In this document: positions 55,305-58,976 of the stretch, piece after piece | Layout of the letters: each line of letters opens with the position of its first letter | Numbering within the stretch: the first letter of the stretch is position 1 | IMG/VR virus record: IMGVR_UViG_3300015607_004939 | Source: an uncultured virus (IMG/VR IMGVR_UViG_3300015607_004939) | Lineage: Duplodnaviria > Heunggongvirae > Uroviricota > Caudoviricetes | DNA length: 58,976 bases | Direction: 5' to 3' (one strand) | Translations under genes and position numbers: made by a program | The notes under the pieces: generated by a model | Told to the model about the DNA's origin: nothing | Seen by the model: the letters and a program-made list of their open reading frames with translations, nothing else | Databases searched by the model: none

Positions 55305-56015
55305 TCAGCCCGCCTGGGTCTTGGCGCGGGCGCGGGCGGCCTCGATGACCTCCGCGTCGATCTGGCGGAAGGTCTCGGCGAGCTCCTTCTGAAGCTGCTC
55401 GGGGCAGCACTCGACGTACACGTCGCGCGCGGCCATCATCGCGAGGTGCTTCACGAGCGGCGGCATGCCACGGAACGGGTCGGGCATGCGCTCGTGGGTG
55501 AAGCCGTTGACGCCCGTCTGCATGTCGTAGGCGAAGGTCGCCCAGGCCATCAGGAGGTCGTCCTTCACGAGGCCCTCGGCATTGTCCTCGGCATCGTCCA
55601 TGTGCTCGGCGAGCGCGCCGCACACCTGGGCGATCTGGGGCCTCAGGTCGGCGCGGGCGTGCTGGATCGTGCGCAGGCGCGCCAGGATGGGCTCGACCTG
55701 CACCACGCCCTCGGCGTCCACCGCGTGGGGCGGCAGGTCGACGATCGAGGTGCGGGCGTTGGGCGTGGGCTTGCCGTTGAGCGCGTCGCGGAGCTCCTCC
55801 GTGGTCTCGAAGCTCGTCACGGCGAAGCCGGCCTTGCCGAAGCGGCCGACGATCTTGTCCGCGAGACCGGTGGCCAGCATCCGGCTGTACCAGTCGTCGG
55901 GGTAGGCGCCGCCCCGAGCGGCCTTGATGGCGCTCGTGGCGGCCTCCCAGTCGTCTGCGGACGAACAGGCGTTGAGGCGGGCGAACTCGTCAGGCGTGAT
56001 GTTGGGCTGAGTCAT
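55305..56015 (-). CDS. Hypothetical protein
   Basis: ATG 56015 (ATGA overlap), AGGAG RBS. Confidence 0.65.
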   Translation of the reverse strand: MTQPNITPDEFARLNACSSADDWEAATSAIKAARGGAYPDDWYSRMLATGLADKIVGRFGKAGFAVTSFETTEELRDALNGKPTPNARTSIVDLPPHAVDAEGVVQVEPILARLRTIQHARADLRPQIAQVCGALAEHMDDAEDNAEGLVKDDLLMAWATFAYDMQTGVNGFTHERMPDPFRGMPPLVKHLAMMAARDVYVECCPEQLQKELAETFRQIDAEVIEAARARAKTQAG

Positions 56016-56368
56016 GGGAGCTTCTCCTTGGAGGTTCTCAGGAACGCGTTGCGGAACGGCTCGTGGCTCGGGTCGCCCCGGAAGGCCACCGCGATGAAGT
56101 CGTCGTCGATACGGCGTACCGTGTGAATGGGGCTTCGCTGCTGGTGGTTCAGGTGGATGGTGAAGAGGGCGATCTGGCTCTTGCGGGCCTCGTAGAAGTG
56201 GATCTCGTTCGAGCCTTGGCTCCACGAGGTGCCCCACGTGTAGGCGGTGCACAGGCGCGAGACCACCTGGACGACGGAGGCGAGCGCATCCTGGCGCCTC
56301 ATCTGCTTGCGCAGGACGACGTTGAGCACGTTCGGGTCGACCATGCCCCGGGTGGTGTGATCGGTCAC
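56012..56368 (-). CDS. Hypothetical protein
   Basis: GTG 56368 after GGAGG; protein-like part of ORF 56012..57253. Confidence 0.55.
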   Translation of the reverse strand: MTDHTTRGMVDPNVLNVVLRKQMRRQDALASVVQVVSRLCTAYTWGTSWSQGSNEIHFYEARKSQIALFTIHLNHQQRSPIHTVRRIDDDFIAVAFRGDPSHEPFRNAFLRTSKEKLP

Positions 56369-57253
56369 ATGTCCTCCGGCTTGATGGGCTCGACCTCGTC
56401 GAAGATCGTCCAGATCAGGGTCGACATCTTGATGAACATGGCGTCCTTCAAGATGTCCATGCGCGTCTCGATCACACCCTTGTTGACGCTGACGGGGAAA
56501 CGACCGTGCTTCACCTCGTGCCACCACGACATCTCCCCGCGCCATCGGAGCAACTCGGGGTCGTTGGCGATGTGCGTGACGAAGTGCTCCGGGATCAGAC
56601 CCCCTGCGTACCTCATCGAGGACCTCCGACTTCAGGTCCTGGATGCGCGGGGCGTTCTGGAGGGCGGTGAGCTGCTCCAGGGTGTAGCTGGCGAACTTCG
56701 GGATGCGTCCCGGGAACGCCTCCTTGTGGCGACGCTCCAGTTCGTTCAGCTCGTCGAGCTCCTGGTCGATTGCGAGCAGCTTGCTCGTCAGGCTCGTCAC
56801 GCGCTCCCGGCAGGCGGCCGAACGCGCCATGAGCTCGGCCTTGGCGACGGGGTCGTCGTTGCGGTTGAGGAAGTTCGCGCGCAGCCCGTCCTGCATCTCC
56901 GCGAGGGCCGTGTTGCGCGCCTCCAGGATGCGCAGGAGCAGCTCGTCGCCCTCGATCGCTCGACTCTGCGCGACGATCGAGAGATCCGCGAGGGCACGCA
57001 AGGCGGCGGGCAGCTCGGTGACGTCGGCGGCACCCGCGAGCGGCTCACCCTCGTCGAGTGAGAACTCCACCCGAACGCCGGTCTCCGACTCGGACGGGAG
57101 GTGCCGGATGTAACGAACGAGTTCGACAGGCTTGCCAAGCGTTTCCGCCGCCTGCCTGATCGCTGCTCGAACAAACTCGTGCCGCAGGACCTCAACGCCC
57201 GCGTCCGTGCCGAACTCGGCGTCGTCCAGGCTCAGAATCTCACGCGTCGCCAT
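56365..57253 (-). pseudogene. Coiled-coil protein gene with apparent 1-bp frameshift at 56600-56604
   Basis: Removing one G from a G5 run joins ..LDEVRRG to LIPEHFVTH.. of ORF 56365..56616. Confidence 0.5.
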
Positions 57254-57857
57254 CGCCCGCCTCCTCGCTCCGGTCCAGGCCGTCGTGCGCGCACCCGACC
57301 TGCCCGCACTCGCCGCAGAAGTCCTCCCGCGCGACCTCCTTGAAGTCGTCTCGGTCGACCTTGTGCGGCACGTCGTCGCCGATCATCACCACCGTCATCC
57401 AGGAGACGCCGTCGTCGGCGACGACGCGGGCGGCGCAGCCCTGGAAGTCGTGCACCTTGCCCTTGAGCGGCCCGTCGGTGAAGGGCTCCTCGGGCTCCAG
57501 GTCGCAGACGCACGACTCGAACTCGGTGCCGCAGTCGGGGCACTTGTTCTCGTCGTCCTCCTCGTCCTCGGCCGGCAGGTCGCCCACGTCGAAGTCCTCG
57601 TCGACCAGGGTGGTGGCCTCGATCGAGATGGTCTCGGTGTCCGACCAGTCGTTGAAGATCTTGAGCACCGCGCGCCAGTCCTGGCGGGCCCACGCCTCGC
57701 GGATCTGGTCGCGCGTCTCGCGGTCGTCGACGTCCGACCACCACGTCTTGATGGTCTCGGCGCCGAGCTTGAGCGCGCCCTCCTCGGTGCCCGCGACGAG
57801 CACGTCGGTGCCGTGCTTGTGCGAGTAGGTGCGAACCCAGACGTTCCTCTCGGTCAT
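57240..57857 (-). CDS. Acidic Cys-rich protein
   Basis: HKHGTDV; CPDC..CVC; VVMIGDD..FCGECGQVGCAHD. Confidence 0.65.
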   Translation of the reverse strand: MTERNVWVRTYSHKHGTDVLVAGTEEGALKLGAETIKTWWSDVDDRETRDQIREAWARQDWRAVLKIFNDWSDTETISIEATTLVDEDFDVGDLPAEDEEDDENKCPDCGTEFESCVCDLEPEEPFTDGPLKGKVHDFQGCAARVVADDGVSWMTVVMIGDDVPHKVDRDDFKEVAREDFCGECGQVGCAHDGLDRSEEAGDGDA

Positions 57858-58138
57858 GGCGTCTTCTCCTCCCTTGGGTCTTCGCCCGCTTCGATCGTCA
57901 GCATCGTCTCCATCATCGACCGGGTGGTGGCGTGCGCCCAGGCGGCGTCACCCTTCTGCACCCAGATCGACCCGGTGCCCACGATCTGCCCTGTGGGCTT
58001 GGGCTCGTTCGGCGGCCGGTGGCCCCGCCAGATGCGCCAGACGACACCACCGATCTCCTTCACCTTGACGCTCAGCTTGTGCGGGTGGTCGAAGGGGTCG
58101 GGAATCAGCGCCTCGGGCCACGAGTGGAACGTCGCCAT
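57854..58138 (-). CDS. Hypothetical protein
   Basis: Coupled overlaps on both sides. Confidence 0.55.
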   Translation of the reverse strand: MATFHSWPEALIPDPFDHPHKLSVKVKEIGGVVWRIWRGHRPPNEPKPTGQIVGTGSIWVQKGDAAWAHATTRSMMETMLTIEAGEDPREEKTP

Positions 58139-58365
58139 CAGTCGATCTCCATGAGGATCGTCTGGCGCTCCCGGGAGAGCTCGGCGACCTTCGTCATCGC
58201 CTCCTCCACCCGCGCCGCGAGCCTCTCCCTGCGGGCCCTGCGCTTGGCCGAGTCGCCGAACGGGATGAGGTTCAGCTTCTCCTGCGCCGCCCAGCCGATC
58301 CGGCTCCAGCGGAGGATCTCCCGCCCCAGCTCCTCGCGCCGCAATACGGCGTCTTGCACCTTCAT
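58138..58365 (-). CDS. Small basic helical protein
   Basis: ATG 58365 (ATGA overlap). Confidence 0.5.
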   Translation of the reverse strand: MKVQDAVLRREELGREILRWSRIGWAAQEKLNLIPFGDSAKRRARRERLAARVEEAMTKVAELSRERQTILMEID

Positions 58366-58730
58366 CGGCGCCTCGCGTCGGCGGCGAGGAAAGCCGCGTG
58401 CAGGTAGTTCAAGCGCCGCCAGCGCGCGCTCGCCTCGCCGTCGTTCACGGGCGCCGTCTCCAGGCGCCGCATCTCGGCCTGGAGGGCCCGGCGCACGTCC
58501 GTCATGGACCCGGCCTGGGCGTGGATCTCGGGCTCCAGGGTGCGGAGCGTTCCCCACAGGCTGTCGCCGGAGGGCGTCGGCTGTGCGCTCATGGCGTTGA
58601 GAGACCCACTGTGTCGGGACTTGTACGGCGGGAAGGGGTGATGCGTGGTGAGGTCGTCGAAGGTGGAGAGCTGAAGGCTCCTCACGGACATGAACCCAGA
58701 CTGTGCGATGATGTGTGACAACCGTGACAT
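58362..58730 (-). CDS. Hypothetical protein
   Basis: GGGAG RBS, ATG 58730. Confidence 0.5.
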   Translation of the reverse strand: MSRLSHIIAQSGFMSVRSLQLSTFDDLTTHHPFPPYKSRHSGSLNAMSAQPTPSGDSLWGTLRTLEPEIHAQAGSMTDVRRALQAEMRRLETAPVNDGEASARWRRLNYLHAAFLAADARRR

Positions 58731-58945
58731 GTGGAACTCCCTCTGCGGCAAGCAGGCCGCGTATCGCATCCTTGTACCGGCTCGGAGGAGTAGTCTTGGA
58801 AGACAAAGCGATTGTTTACCAAGGATTGGAATATAACCAAGGTTTCGTTGGAAGACACTAAACGCTTGTATTCACGTGGTTTGCCGTCTTCCAAGATTCT
58901 TGTAATAGTACCAGTTGGAACCAATGTAAGTAAGGGTCGTGACAT
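58682..58945 (-). CDS. AT-rich hypothetical protein
   Basis: Composition shift; overlaps neighbour. Confidence 0.35.
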   Translation of the reverse strand: MSRPLLTLVPTGTITRILEDGKPREYKRLVSSNETLVIFQSLVNNRFVFQDYSSEPVQGCDTRPACRRGSSTCHGCHTSSHSLGSCP

Positions 58946-58976
58946 GCCTGGGGGTGCGCAGGCGCATGCGTAAGAC

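Noticed and set aside
346..56118. Palindrome explained as Tyr-Ala/Gly-Val codons
   Set aside because: Also occurs in other frames (e.g. 10041, 21460, 46869) and between genes, and needs GTA, which is uncommon in these genes
1..58976. Genome-wide TAG reassignment
   Set aside because: Long genes are intact in code 11; TAG acts as a plausible stop at convergent junctions (31187/31190, 44470/44476); only one convincing interrupted gene found

Overview
High-GC segment of a large, probably jumbo, contractile-tailed (myovirus-like) phage. 1-30 kb (+) is a virion module. It carries a split multisubunit RNA polymerase beta' with a ferritin-like gene between the pieces, a block of head-associated proteins, a prohead protease, scaffold candidates, capsid, neck, tail sheath, tube, spike and an M15-type peptidase. 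30-59 kb is mostly minus-strand accessory genes with scattered structural genes, three HNH nucleases and one tRNA. Main observations: (1) an interrupted palindrome TACG(C/G)CGTA occurs at least 24 times across the window, and at five promoters its terminal TA begins a TAnnnT -10 box just upstream of a start codon; (2) the tRNA folds as an amber suppressor (anticodon CTA), its upstream ORF stops at a TAG inside the tRNA, and a DUF2786-like gene about 4 kb away is interrupted by an in-frame TAG; (3) a K-x-A motif is strongly enriched in head-associated proteins and also marks the RNAP fragment and ferritin, suggesting a protease or packaging tag. All family calls are motif recognition by eye, not database searches. 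Counts are manual and may miss copies.
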